From an uncultured delta proteobacterium (GTDB lineage: Bacteria; Desulfobacterota; Desulfobacteria; Desulfobacterales; JAFDCJ01), in the NCBI GenBank assembly GCA_963769935.1, contig CAVYNY010000010.1, positions 576,001-640,000 of the forward strand: 64,000 bases of DNA. The letters are read 5' to 3'. The notes under the pieces were generated by a model. It saw only the letters and a program-made list of their open reading frames with translations. It was not told the origin of the DNA and did no database searches. The position numbers were made by a program, and so were the translations under genes. Positions 54,295 through 64,000 of this stretch are shown piece by piece. Each line of letters starts with the position of its first letter. Position 1 is the first letter of the stretch.

Positions 54295-56283
54295 ATGAAT
54301 GGCTGGAATCGTTTTATTACCCAGTGGCAAAAAGACTTTAAACTATGGCTGTTTTTTATTGCCTTTTTTCTGGTGTTCAGATGTGCCTTGGTGGTTTTCT
54401 TCAGAATCCAAATCGATGCATCCAGCACTTACCGGGATGTTGCGGCCGCCCTAATCAACGGCTTACGCTATGACAGTGTCATTGCAACCTATTTATCAGC
54501 GATCCCCCTTCTTTTCAGCATAATTTCCGGGTTTGCCGGTACAGTCCATCTGGCGGATAAGGTGCGGAAAATAATCGGCACGATCGGCGTGGTTTTGTCG
54601 GCCATGGCCTGCGTTGCGACCTTCAGTTATTTCAAGGAATTCGGCGACCAATTCAATCATTTCATTTTCGGTCTCATTTATGACGACCGCCGGGCCACCC
54701 TCCTCACGATATGGAAAGAATATCATGTCATTCCAAATGCTATCGCCATGGCGGTAATCGTTGTCGCGGCCTTGCTAATCATGCGCCGCCTTATTCGGTA
54801 TCCATTTCTAACGCCGCAATCTCTTAACCGGTTGACGCCGACCCTTGTGCCTAAAATTGCTGCCGGGCTGATTATCGCCGTTCTTTTTGCGACCGGGGTT
54901 CGCGGCTCCCTGGGAAGACGTCCGGTGCAGCCGCGGGATGTCGCCATCACCAGAGACGAATTCCTGAACAAAACGGTGTTGAATCCGTTCATGGCGTTAA
55001 TTTATGCCGTTCAGCAGCAGCGCGAAGTCTCGAATGTAAGCGGGTTCAAGGTATTCCTGCCGGACGGCGACGTAAGAAACGCTGCGCAAACTTTTTTTTC
55101 AACCAAAGAAGCCTATGACGATCTCGACCGCTACATGCTCCGCAAGGCCAAAGGGACAAACCACACGGCCCCGCGCCATATTTTCCTTATCGTGGGGGAG
55201 GGATACAGCGCCTGGCCGCTCATGAAAAAATATGCAGCCCTCGGGCTGGCCGAGGGCGGGCAGCAGTTATCGCAAAACGGGCTCAGGGTTGAGAAGTTTA
55301 TGCCTTCGGCCGGCGGTACGATGTCGTCACTGGGGGTAATCATAAGCGGCCTGCCGGATGCCGGCGTCAACACGAATTACCAAAAGACCGCGCGCATAGC
55401 CTATCCCACGAGCATTGCCGATATCTTCAGACAGCTCGGTTACCGGACCCGTTTTTTTTACGGAGGATATTTAAGCTGGCAGAAGGTCGGGAATTTTTGC
55501 CGGGCGCAGGGGTTCGACGAAATTTACGGCGGCGGCCATATCGGATCCTGGGCCTCATCAAACGAATGGGGCGTGGATGACGAGTATTTATTCGAATTTG
55601 TCTTAAAGACCGTCGACGATGACCGGCCGAGTTTTAATATGATCATGACTACGTCCAATCACCCGCCCTACGATATCGACGTACGCGCCAAAGGGTTTAA
55701 ACTGCGTGAAATTCCCGCCGGACTTAAATCGGCCTTGGCTGATGATATTAATTTTATCGAGCTCGGGCATTATTGGTATGCGGATCGGTGTATCAAAAAT
55801 TTCGTGCTCGGTGTCGAGAAAAAACTGAAGCTGCCTTTGGTAGTGATCACCGGCGACCATGCCTGGCGCAAAAAGATCATCAAACAACCCGATCTTTATG
55901 AAAAAACCGCTGTTCCGCTTATCTTCTACGGCCCGGATGTCCTTGACGACATCACGTTGCCGCCGGACGTCACCGGAAGCCATCTGGATATCGACAGCAC
56001 TCTCGTTGAGCTGGCGGCGCCCCGGGGATTTCAATACCATGCCCTCGGGAAAAACCTTTTTGACCCGCAGCAGAGGGCTTTAGGATTCGGAGGCAGCGTG
56101 GTTATCGGACCTGATTTCATTGTCGACGTGGAGGGCGCCCGAAAAGTATACCCGCTTCCCGATCAGAAATTGCCCCGGGAACAGCCGGATTTGAAACAGA
56201 TAACCGGATTGTACAATGATCTAAACGGCATGGCCTGGTGGCGAATCGTGCGCGGTCCCAGACTTTTGAAACAACTAAAGTAG
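54295..56283 (+). CDS. LTA synthase family protein (membrane domain plus sulfatase-like domain)
   Basis: Five TM helices, IFLIVGEG, GGTMSS (catalytic Thr position), TTSNHPPY, TGDH. Confidence 0.85.
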   Translation: MNGWNRFITQWQKDFKLWLFFIAFFLVFRCALVVFFRIQIDASSTYRDVAAALINGLRYDSVIATYLSAIPLLFSIISGFAGTVHLADKVRKIIGTIGVVLSAMACVATFSYFKEFGDQFNHFIFGLIYDDRRATLLTIWKEYHVIPNAIAMAVIVVAALLIMRRLIRYPFLTPQSLNRLTPTLVPKIAAGLIIAVLFATGVRGSLGRRPVQPRDVAITRDEFLNKTVLNPFMALIYAVQQQREVSNVSGFKVFLPDGDVRNAAQTFFSTKEAYDDLDRYMLRKAKGTNHTAPRHIFLIVGEGYSAWPLMKKYAALGLAEGGQQLSQNGLRVEKFMPSAGGTMSSLGVIISGLPDAGVNTNYQKTARIAYPTSIADIFRQLGYRTRFFYGGYLSWQKVGNFCRAQGFDEIYGGGHIGSWASSNEWGVDDEYLFEFVLKTVDDDRPSFNMIMTTSNHPPYDIDVRAKGFKLREIPAGLKSALADDINFIELGHYWYADRCIKNFVLGVEKKLKLPLVVITGDHAWRKKIIKQPDLYEKTAVPLIFYGPDVLDDITLPPDVTGSHLDIDSTLVELAAPRGFQYHALGKNLFDPQQRALGFGGSVVIGPDFIVDVEGARKVYPLPDQKLPREQPDLKQITGLYNDLNGMAWWRIVRGPRLLKQLK

Positions 56284-56301
56284 AGATTCCCGATTTTTCT
56301 G

Positions 56302-56388
56302 GGATTCCCGCCTGCGCGGGAATGACAATTATGGTATTAATACCGGTTAGTTAAAAGAGATGTCATACCCGCGAAGGCGGGTATCCAG
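56302..56388. repeat. Inverted pair of dRS3-like palindromes (ATTCCC-N8-GGGAAT)
   Basis: ggattcccgcctgcgcgggaatgac ... gtcatacccgcgaaggcgggtatcc. Confidence 0.75.
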
Positions 56389-56472
56389 TCGTTAGAATGA
56401 CTTTTTACGATATCATCAAATTCGAATAAAATATGTCGATCTGATAAGTTGACAAATCAGAGATAGAACTCG

Positions 56473-58389
56473 ATGTTTAATCGCTATACCCAAACTCTTT
56501 ATGCACTCCTGCTGAGCCTGAGTGTCTTAATGTCAACCCGGCTGTGGCTTTATTTTCGCCATATTAGCGACTTTTCCGATCTGAGCTTGGGAGAATTTTT
56601 TTTATCGCTTTTCACCGGTCTTCGTCTGGACATCATGATCGTCTTTACCTGGGCCGGTGCGATCATATTTTTTCTCATCTGGCCGGCCAGGTTTACGTTC
56701 AACCTTTATTACCGGAAAATCCTCGGTCTTTTATGGGCGGTTGTGATCGTCGGGATTACGCTTGCCGATATAGGCGATATTTTATATTTCGACTTTGTTC
56801 ACCGCCACGTCGCCCAAGAATTGTCCGTTATCGGCAACGATATCGATAGCCTGGTTCAAATGGCGCTGCATTATTACCTGCCGGAGCTGATCGCCGCTAT
56901 TATTTTTTCAACTTTTATTGTGTATCTTTTTTACAGGCTCTTTAAACCCCAAATCAAAAAGCGAAAAATTACCCTGAAAGAGTATTCAATTCCGCTGCTT
57001 GCGAGCATGGTGCTTGTTTTGGGAATCCGGGGCAATTTATCGGGCAAATCCTTTGCCATTTCAGATGCTTTTGTGGTCAATAAAATGAGCTTCGGCAATC
57101 TGGCCCTGAATGGTTTTTTCTGTCTTTACCGAAACGGCGGGGTTTCCCAGGCCAATCATGACCACATGCCGCTCGAAGCCGCTGTGGCGCAGGTAAAGCA
57201 AGCATTAAACAGCCCCGCTGTCAGCTTTTCAGAAGATCCTAAATATCCCTTGATGCGTGCATATGCCAAGACCGCAAAGAAGCCCTGCAATATTGTCATT
57301 ATAATGTTTGAAAGCCTTAGTGCCGGCTATGTCGATAGTTTTTCCGAGAACAACTACGGTGTAACGCCGAATTTCGATAATTACGCCGACAACGGCCTGA
57401 AATTCACAAATTTTTATGCGAATGGACAACGCTCTCTGGCCGGGATCCTGGCCCTGATGACAGGGGTCACGCAACCGCATGGAATGCCGCCTCTCGGCGA
57501 AGGCCTGGAATTGTCCAGGCTAAGCTATTTAGGTCGCTTGGCGGCGCAAAACGGCTATGATACATTGGCCATCCAAAGCTCAAGAAGGGGTTCCTTCAAA
57601 ATAGATGCCATCATGAACCTGGCAGGATTTAAACAATTTTATGGCGCTGAAGATATACCCAAGACAGGCGACGAAGTCGGAGCCCCGAATTTTGGGGTTT
57701 ATGACGGTGACATGCTCCGATTTATGCACAAAAAAATCAATGCCCTCAAGGAGCCCTTTATCTCTTTTGCCTTCACGGCAACAACCCACGCCCCGTATTT
57801 CTCACCTGGAAAAAAGTGGGAAAAATATCCCCAGGACCCCGCTTCCCGTAATGGTTTTCTAAATACGGTTTCGTATGTGGATGCCATGTTGGGAGAGTTC
57901 ATGCGGGCCGCAGCTGAAGAGCCATGGTTCGACCATACGATTTTTATATTTACCGCCGACCACGTCCTGGGCATCGATGCCAGAAAAGAAAAGATGAATG
58001 ATGAAAAGGCGCGAAAGTTTACGGCTTTGGATGATTTTCATATTCCTTTAGTTATGTATGCGCCGAAAATAATGCCGTCTAAAACGATCGACCGGGTGGG
58101 CTCACAAGCCGATCTTTTCCCAACAATCATCCAGCTGTTGGGCTGGCGCAATCAATTTGCAAGCCTGTCGCAATCGTTGCTGGATGAAGAGGTACCGAAG
58201 AGATTTGCCTTTTTAAGAGTCGGCTCTATGCTTGGAATTATCACCGCAGAGGGCATGCTGAAATATAATTTTAGCGCTGTGGTTTATAAGCAGGGCAGTG
58301 AAGCAGCACTAAAAGAGATGGAATATCTGCTGAAGGCATTCGATACTGCCGAGGCCGGTTTAATTGAAAGCAACCGCTGGGTAAAGTGA
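56473..58389 (+). CDS. LTA synthase family protein
   Basis: Five TM helices, NIVIIMFESL, VTPNFD, NGQRS, TTHAPY, TADH. Confidence 0.87.
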   Translation: MFNRYTQTLYALLLSLSVLMSTRLWLYFRHISDFSDLSLGEFFLSLFTGLRLDIMIVFTWAGAIIFFLIWPARFTFNLYYRKILGLLWAVVIVGITLADIGDILYFDFVHRHVAQELSVIGNDIDSLVQMALHYYLPELIAAIIFSTFIVYLFYRLFKPQIKKRKITLKEYSIPLLASMVLVLGIRGNLSGKSFAISDAFVVNKMSFGNLALNGFFCLYRNGGVSQANHDHMPLEAAVAQVKQALNSPAVSFSEDPKYPLMRAYAKTAKKPCNIVIIMFESLSAGYVDSFSENNYGVTPNFDNYADNGLKFTNFYANGQRSLAGILALMTGVTQPHGMPPLGEGLELSRLSYLGRLAAQNGYDTLAIQSSRRGSFKIDAIMNLAGFKQFYGAEDIPKTGDEVGAPNFGVYDGDMLRFMHKKINALKEPFISFAFTATTHAPYFSPGKKWEKYPQDPASRNGFLNTVSYVDAMLGEFMRAAAEEPWFDHTIFIFTADHVLGIDARKEKMNDEKARKFTALDDFHIPLVMYAPKIMPSKTIDRVGSQADLFPTIIQLLGWRNQFASLSQSLLDEEVPKRFAFLRVGSMLGIITAEGMLKYNFSAVVYKQGSEAALKEMEYLLKAFDTAEAGLIESNRWVK

Positions 58390-58399
58390 GGTAAATCCT

Positions 58400-60088
58400 G
58401 TGTCCAACCATCCCGTGAATACCAGCGACCTCCAGCCCGGCAAACCAGCCGACACGAAGGCTTTTATTTTCCTCATACTGGTTGCGCTTTTTGCGGTCTT
58501 GTTTAATCTTGGCGGACGTCCCATCGAAGCCAAGGACTACGTGCGGTATCCGGAAGTCGGGCGGGAAATACTCGAATACAATGATTGGGTGCTGCTGCAT
58601 CTCAATGGCAGCCTGTATGTCGACAAACCCCCGTTGCACTTCTGGTTGATCGCAGGGTCATACAAATTGTTCGGGGTCAATCCGTTTGCGGCCCGCCTGC
58701 CATCAGCCCTGGCCGCCTTGGGCGGGGTATTGCTCACATTTTTCTTTGTAAGAAGAATCTTCGACAATACGGAAACCGCTTTCATGGCGGCCATCATATT
58801 GCTTTCAACATATGATTATATGTGGTGGGCCCGGCGAACCCGGATCGACATGATTTTCGCCTTATTATTTGCCGCATCCCTGCTGTGCTTTTATTGCGGT
58901 TGCGCAGCCGACGGCGGTAAGCGCAAAGCCGTCTGGTACCTGGCTTTCTGGTTCGTCACCGGTCTGGCCTTCATGGACAAGGCCTTTATTGCGCTGGCGA
59001 ATTTAGTGGTGGTTATTCCCTACAGTGTCCTGGTCGCTCGCCGGACGGAAGGCGGCAGGGTTTCACCGGGTCTGTTCGCATTAACCAGTCCCTGCCTGCT
59101 GCTGCCGGTGCTGCCCTGGGTCATAGCCCTGGTAGACCACCCTCAATTTTCCGCCTTCTGGGAGGTATTGCAACGGACCAAAATAATGGACCGCCAGGAG
59201 GCATTTTACTATTACCTGGTTCAAATGCCGTTGAAGCTGCTGCCGGCAGCTCCGTTTTTGGCGATGGGAATCTGGGGTTATGCTCGCTACCGTAAATATC
59301 TGTCCCATCGCCATGAGCTCGACTTCGCAATGTTGTGGATTGCCTCCTATTTTGCTATCCTGCATCTAACCGTGGCCAAAAGCGGCCGATACCTGCTGCC
59401 CCTCTATCTGCCGGCCTGTCTGATGAGCGCCTGGGCCATTCAATTTTTTCTCGCAAAAAGAAACGCCATCGTTGCCGCTATCATTCGATGGGGAGATCGA
59501 ATTTTGCTTTCAGTTGCGGCGTTGAGTATCGTCAGCCCCCTTTTCGTTGCCTGGCATTACCACGTCAGCCTGCTTCCGGCTGTATTATATTCCCTGGTCC
59601 TGGGCGTTGCCATGCTTCTGTTTCGCAGGTTTCTGCCCTATAAAACAGCCGGCCTTTTTGTATCCTTTATTATCCTGCTGCTGGCGATCGATGTAAATGA
59701 CACGGTCGGACGGGAAAAAGCTTCCGTGTACTACCAAATGAATCAAATTCTAAAAAATGAGCGCCTGGAAGCCACGCAAATTGCCTTTCAAGGGTGCTCC
59801 AGCCGCGCCCAGGAAGCCCTGAGTTTTTATTTCAACCGGAACATTGCGTGTTCTGAAAAATGGTCTGCAATCGACAGCTCGCCAAAGATCAGGGCGATTG
59901 TTACCACTCGCAACGCAATCAAAGAAGAAATTGCACGGGAAGATATTCAAAACCGCGGTCGAATTATTTATCTGGACAAGGGGTGGGTCATTTACATTAA
60001 GAATTTCGATCAGCCGCCAAGCTCACAAGTAAAGAATCCTGGCCCGGAGAACCTGGCCAAGAAGACCAGGTTTGCAATTTTGGAATAA
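58400..60088 (+). CDS. ArnT/PMT-like GT-C glycosyltransferase
   Basis: DWVLLHLNGSLYVDKPPLHFW, AARLPSAL and KSGRYLLP; multi-TM. Confidence 0.87.
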   Translation: MSNHPVNTSDLQPGKPADTKAFIFLILVALFAVLFNLGGRPIEAKDYVRYPEVGREILEYNDWVLLHLNGSLYVDKPPLHFWLIAGSYKLFGVNPFAARLPSALAALGGVLLTFFFVRRIFDNTETAFMAAIILLSTYDYMWWARRTRIDMIFALLFAASLLCFYCGCAADGGKRKAVWYLAFWFVTGLAFMDKAFIALANLVVVIPYSVLVARRTEGGRVSPGLFALTSPCLLLPVLPWVIALVDHPQFSAFWEVLQRTKIMDRQEAFYYYLVQMPLKLLPAAPFLAMGIWGYARYRKYLSHRHELDFAMLWIASYFAILHLTVAKSGRYLLPLYLPACLMSAWAIQFFLAKRNAIVAAIIRWGDRILLSVAALSIVSPLFVAWHYHVSLLPAVLYSLVLGVAMLLFRRFLPYKTAGLFVSFIILLLAIDVNDTVGREKASVYYQMNQILKNERLEATQIAFQGCSSRAQEALSFYFNRNIACSEKWSAIDSSPKIRAIVTTRNAIKEEIAREDIQNRGRIIYLDKGWVIYIKNFDQPPSSQVKNPGPENLAKKTRFAILE

Positions 60089-60106
60089 ATTCGGAAAGTC
60101 CCGGCC

Positions 60107-61168
60107 CTAAACGCTCTGCCCTGCGCTGCGGGCCCTGAGCTGCCCGCAGGCGGCGGATATGTCCTGGCCTTTGCTGCGGCGGATAATGACCGTATAATTT
60201 TTATCAAACAGGATGTCGTAAAACGCTTTTATCGCCGCCTCGGACGACCGTTCGTAGTCACAGCCTTCATGCGGATTAAAGGGTATCAGATTGATCTTGG
60301 ATCGGATCGGCTGCAGCAGTTTCGCCAGGCGCCGGGCGTCATCCTGGGAATCGTTGATTCCCTTGATGAGGATGTATTCGAATGTAATTCGGCGGCCGGG
60401 CGGCAGCGGAAACTGCCGGCAGGCTTCCAGCAGGGCCTCCAGGGGATAGGTACGGTTGATGGGCATCAGCCGGCTGCGGGTTTCATTGTCGGTCGCATTC
60501 AGAGATACGGCCAGATTCACTTTCGTATCCCGGCCCAGGGCGACAATTTTGGGCACCAAACCGGCAGTGGAGACCGTCACCCGACGGCCGGCAAAGCGCA
60601 GGCCGGCATCGTTGTCGGTGATGGCGCCGATGGCACTCACCAGATTCTTGTAATTGGCCAGCGGCTCGCCCATACCCATAAAAACGATATTGCTCAAGCG
60701 CCCGGGATCCTCCAGTTCATATTTAATATCCCGTACCTGGGCAATTATCTCGGCCCGGGTCAGATTGCGCTCGAAGCCGCCGGCGGCCGTCAGACAGAAA
60801 AGGCATCCCTGAGCACAGCCGACCTGGCTCGACACGCAAAGGGTATCATGATCCCTTTCAGGGATGAGGACGGTTTCAATATATCTGTCGTCGTTCAATC
60901 TGAAAAGGTATTTGCGGGAGCCGTCCTGCGATTTTTCAATCCGTGCGACATCGAGTCGGCCGACTGCGAAATTTCGGGCCAGCAGGCCCCGGATATCTTT
61001 GGAAATATCGGTCATACGTTCGAAGCTGTCGACCTGCCGCAGATAAATCCATTTCTGGATCTGGTCGGCCCGATAGGCGGCAATGTCCCGCCCGGCCAGC
61101 CAGGCCACCAGCTGCTCACGGTTGAATTCAAGAATATTTGTCTTTTTATGGGTATCGAATTCCGGCAT
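60107..61168 (-). CDS. rlmN: 23S rRNA/tRNA m2A methyltransferase RlmN
   Basis: CVSSQVGCAQGCLFC, MGMGEP, AACGQL; start taken at MPEFD. Confidence 0.96.
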   Translation of the reverse strand: MPEFDTHKKTNILEFNREQLVAWLAGRDIAAYRADQIQKWIYLRQVDSFERMTDISKDIRGLLARNFAVGRLDVARIEKSQDGSRKYLFRLNDDRYIETVLIPERDHDTLCVSSQVGCAQGCLFCLTAAGGFERNLTRAEIIAQVRDIKYELEDPGRLSNIVFMGMGEPLANYKNLVSAIGAITDNDAGLRFAGRRVTVSTAGLVPKIVALGRDTKVNLAVSLNATDNETRSRLMPINRTYPLEALLEACRQFPLPPGRRITFEYILIKGINDSQDDARRLAKLLQPIRSKINLIPFNPHEGCDYERSSEAAIKAFYDILFDKNYTVIIRRSKGQDISAACGQLRARSAGQSV

Positions 61169-61198
61169 CTTGATCTTGGCTCTTATCGAATTAATTAC

Positions 61199-61227
61199 TT
61201 GACATACCATCATTGAAATTATATTTT
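61199..61227 (+). promoter_or_regulatory. Candidate sigma70 promoter of the ffh operon
   Basis: TTGACA-17 bp-TATTTT, ~30 bp upstream of the ATG. Confidence 0.45.
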
Positions 61228-61258
61228 CAAGAATTTTAGAGACCTGTTCGGTAAAATT

Positions 61259-62590
61259 ATGTTTGAAAACTTAAGCGACAAACTCGATGCCGTTTTCCGC
61301 AAGCTCAAAGGGCACGGCAAATTAACGGAAAAAAACATCGAGGAGGGGTTGAAAGAAGTTCGTTTGGCCCTCCTGGAGGCCGATGTTCATTATCGGGTCG
61401 TCAAAGAGTTCATCGCCGCTGTCAAAGAACGGGCCCTGGGTCAGGAAGTTCTGGCAAGCCTGACGCCCGGTCAGCAGGTTATCAAAATTGTCAACGCCGA
61501 ACTGACGGGGCTGATGGGGACTCAGCACGAGGAGCTGAACCTGTCGGGTGCCAGCCCGGCGGCGGTGATGCTGGTGGGACTGCAGGGGTCCGGCAAAACG
61601 ACCACGGCCGGCAAACTGGCGGTTTACCTGCGCAATAAAGGCAAAAAACCCTTTCTGGTGCCGGCGGATGTTTATCGCCCCGCTGCCATCGACCAGCTCA
61701 AGAAACTGGGAGCGCAGCTGGATGTCCCGGTATTCGACTCCAGCGTGGAAATGAATCCCGTAGATATATGCCGGAAGGCCAAAACGGCGGCCCACCTGCA
61801 GGGTTGCGATACGCTGCTGCTGGATACCGCCGGCCGTCTGCATATTGATGAAGCGCTGATGGATGAGCTCAGCCGCATCAACCGGGAGGTGATGCCATCC
61901 GACATCCTGCTGGTGGCCGATGCCATGACCGGACAGGATGCCGTCAACATTGCCAAATCATTTGACGAAAGGCTGGACATCGGCGGGGTCATCCTCACCA
62001 AAATGGATGGCGATGCCCGGGGCGGTGCCGCCCTTTCGATCAAATCGATTACCGGCAAACCGATCAAGTTTATCGGGGTCGGCGAAAAATTAAACGAGCT
62101 GGAGCCCTTTCATCCGGACAGACTGGCTTCGAGCATTCTGGGTATGGGGGACGTTCTCACCCTGATCGAAAAAGCCCAGGAAGCGGTTGACGAAAAAAAG
62201 GCGGCCGAGCTAGAGAAGAAGCTCAGAAAGAGCCAGTTTACCCTGGAGGATTTTCGCGATCAAATGGTTCAAATTCGCAAAATGGGATCGCTGGGCGATA
62301 TTATAAAGATGATCCCCGGCATGGGTAAAGTCAAACAATTGAAAAACCTGGAAGTCGATGAAAAAGAGTTTGTCAGAATTGAGGCCATCATCAATTCAAT
62401 GACGCTCCGTGAGCGCCGGCAGCATGCGATCATCAACGGGAGCCGGCGCCGAAGAATTGCCAAGGGCAGCGGAACCCAGGTACAGGATGTCAACCGATTG
62501 TTAAAAAATTACACTCAAATGCTGAAAATGCTGAAAAAAATAAATAAGGGCGGTATGCGCGGAATGCCGCAGGGAATGATGCCGTTTTAA
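61259..62590 (+). CDS. ffh: Signal recognition particle protein
   Basis: GLQGSGKTT, DTAGR, TKMDGDARGG and a Met-rich M domain. Confidence 0.98.
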   Translation: MFENLSDKLDAVFRKLKGHGKLTEKNIEEGLKEVRLALLEADVHYRVVKEFIAAVKERALGQEVLASLTPGQQVIKIVNAELTGLMGTQHEELNLSGASPAAVMLVGLQGSGKTTTAGKLAVYLRNKGKKPFLVPADVYRPAAIDQLKKLGAQLDVPVFDSSVEMNPVDICRKAKTAAHLQGCDTLLLDTAGRLHIDEALMDELSRINREVMPSDILLVADAMTGQDAVNIAKSFDERLDIGGVILTKMDGDARGGAALSIKSITGKPIKFIGVGEKLNELEPFHPDRLASSILGMGDVLTLIEKAQEAVDEKKAAELEKKLRKSQFTLEDFRDQMVQIRKMGSLGDIIKMIPGMGKVKQLKNLEVDEKEFVRIEAIINSMTLRERRQHAIINGSRRRRIAKGSGTQVQDVNRLLKNYTQMLKMLKKINKGGMRGMPQGMMPF

Positions 62591-62605
62591 AGGAGAAACA
62601 AAACT

Positions 62606-62860
62606 ATGGCTGTAAAAATCAGACTGGCCAGACATGGAGCAAAGAAAAGTCCTTTTTATCGAATTGTGGTTGCCGACACCGAAAGCCCCCGGAACGGCCG
62701 TTACCTGGAAAATGTCGGCACTTATGATCCTTTGTTCGACCCGGCCAAGGTGACCTTGAAATCAGAGCGAATACAATACTGGGTGAATCAGGGTGCCAAA
62801 CCCACGGACACGGTGCGAAGCCTTTTGAAAAAAGAAGGCTTTTATGCTTCGAATACTTAA
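62606..62860 (+). CDS. rpsP: 30S ribosomal protein S16
   Basis: [24 protein letters not shown]. Confidence 0.98.
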   Translation: MAVKIRLARHGAKKSPFYRIVVADTESPRNGRYLENVGTYDPLFDPAKVTLKSERIQYWVNQGAKPTDTVRSLLKKEGFYASNT

Positions 62861-62892
62861 TCCGGACTAGCCGCAAGCAGTTGCCGTCGAAT

Positions 62893-63411
62893 ATGTCTGT
62901 GGAAAAGAAGGGCTATGTGCTCATCGGCGAAATCATTGGTACCCATGGCATAAAGGGAACCAGCAAATTCCGTTCATATGCCGAATCACTGGAAGTGTAT
63001 GCGCCGGGCCGCGCTATTCTTGTTCGCGAAAGCAGCGGCCGTGAAACAAGCCGCGAAATAAGCTGGGTTAAGCATCAAAGCCGCATACCGCTTTTGTCGT
63101 TTAAAGGAATAAACGACCGCCATCAGGCCGAATTGCTGATCGGCGCGGAACTTTTTATCCCAAAAGCAGAGCTTCCGCAACCGGAAAACGGCAGTTATTA
63201 CTGGTTCGATCTGATCGGAATTGCGGTTTATACGACCGACGATGTTTATCTAGGCCGGATTGATGCGATCATTGAGACCGGCAGCAATGATGTGTACGTC
63301 GTCAAAGATAAGAAAAAGGAAGTACTGATCCCCGCGCTCGAATCGGTGGTCAGGAACATCGACCTGAAACAAAAACGAATGCAGGTCGATTTGCCGGAAG
63401 GGTTGATTTAG
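62893..63411 (+). CDS. rimM: Ribosome maturation factor RimM
   Basis: IGEIIGTHGIKG, YYWFDLIG, ETGSNDVYVV. Confidence 0.95.
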   Translation: MSVEKKGYVLIGEIIGTHGIKGTSKFRSYAESLEVYAPGRAILVRESSGRETSREISWVKHQSRIPLLSFKGINDRHQAELLIGAELFIPKAELPQPENGSYYWFDLIGIAVYTTDDVYLGRIDAIIETGSNDVYVVKDKKKEVLIPALESVVRNIDLKQKRMQVDLPEGLI

Positions 63412-63506
63412 TTGATTGGTTAATTAGTTGAATAGTCGATTAGGTAAAAAGGATTTCATCCATTCACTATTCAACCCGTCAACCGATCAATTACTCAACT
63501 GAAACT

Positions 63507-64000
63507 ATGCATTTTACAGTACTGACGATTTTCCCGGAAATGTTTGACCCATTCTGGGAACATGGAATTGTCCGCCGGGCGATCGAGCATCAGATAATTT
63601 GGGCTTCGGCTATAAACATTCGAAATTTTGCCGAAGGTCGGCACCAGGCAACCGATGACAGACCCTACGGCGGCGGCAGCGGAATGGTAATGAAACCCGA
63701 ACCGCTGGCAGCAGCCATTCGAGAGGCATCGAAAACAATGCCCGGGGCAAAAACCGTCCTGTTGACACCCCAGGGCAGGATGTTCAATCAGCAAATGGCC
63801 CGCAGCCTGGCATCATGCCAAGGCTTAGTTTTGGTCTGCGGCCGCTACGAAGGGGTCGATGAGCGCATCTGCGACGATCTGATCGATTACGAGATTTCGA
63901 TCGGAGATTATGTCCTCACCGGGGGAGAACTGGCCGCAATGGTTGTCATAGATGCCGTCACCCGTCTGGTTCCCGGGGCCCTCGGTGGTGAGGATGCGGC
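63507..64000 (+). CDS. trmD: tRNA (guanine37-N1)-methyltransferase, truncated by the window edge
   Basis: [50 protein letters not shown]. Confidence 0.96.
   Translation, partial: MHFTVLTIFPEMFDPFWEHGIVRRAIEHQIIWASAINIRNFAEGRHQATDDRPYGGGSGMVMKPEPLAAAIREASKTMPGAKTVLLTPQGRMFNQQMARSLASCQGLVLVCGRYEGVDERICDDLIDYEISIGDYVLTGGELAAMVVIDAVTRLVPGALGGEDA

Overview
64 kb of bacterial chromosome, most likely a Desulfobacterota (Desulfobacterales-like) deltaproteobacterium; the taxon is inferred from gene content and intergenic repeat style. In order, the window holds: (1) a truncated sensor with two periplasmic binding domains, and a stressosome operon (PAS-RsbR, RsbS, RsbT, RsbX) ending in a hybrid histidine kinase; (2) an AsmA-family protein with tandem 72-aa repeats, behind a sigma54 promoter next to a GAF-GAF-PAS sigma54 activator; (3) nth, a ThiI-like tRNA thiolase, a Pot-type ABC transporter, an SDR and a TPP enzyme; (4) an aldo/keto reductase split by a ~15 kb decaying insert that carries an oxidative pentose phosphate cluster (glk and tkt remnants, frameshifted gnd and zwf, HAD, tal, pgi, pgl) and redox genes; (5) a second sigma54-driven operon with a DUF3302/arylsulfatase deletion chimera and a collapsed paralog of the activator; (6) an RRM protein and groESL; (7) an envelope-modification cluster (GNAT, ACP, DltA-like adenylase, phosphatase, two LTA-synthase-family proteins, ArnT-like GT); (8) rlmN and ffh-rpsP-rimM-trmD. 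Intergenic DNA is rich in 7-9 bp degenerate tandem repeats, REP-like palindromes and one MITE. I saw no CRISPR array, rRNA or tRNA. All family calls come from motif recognition by eye, not database searches.
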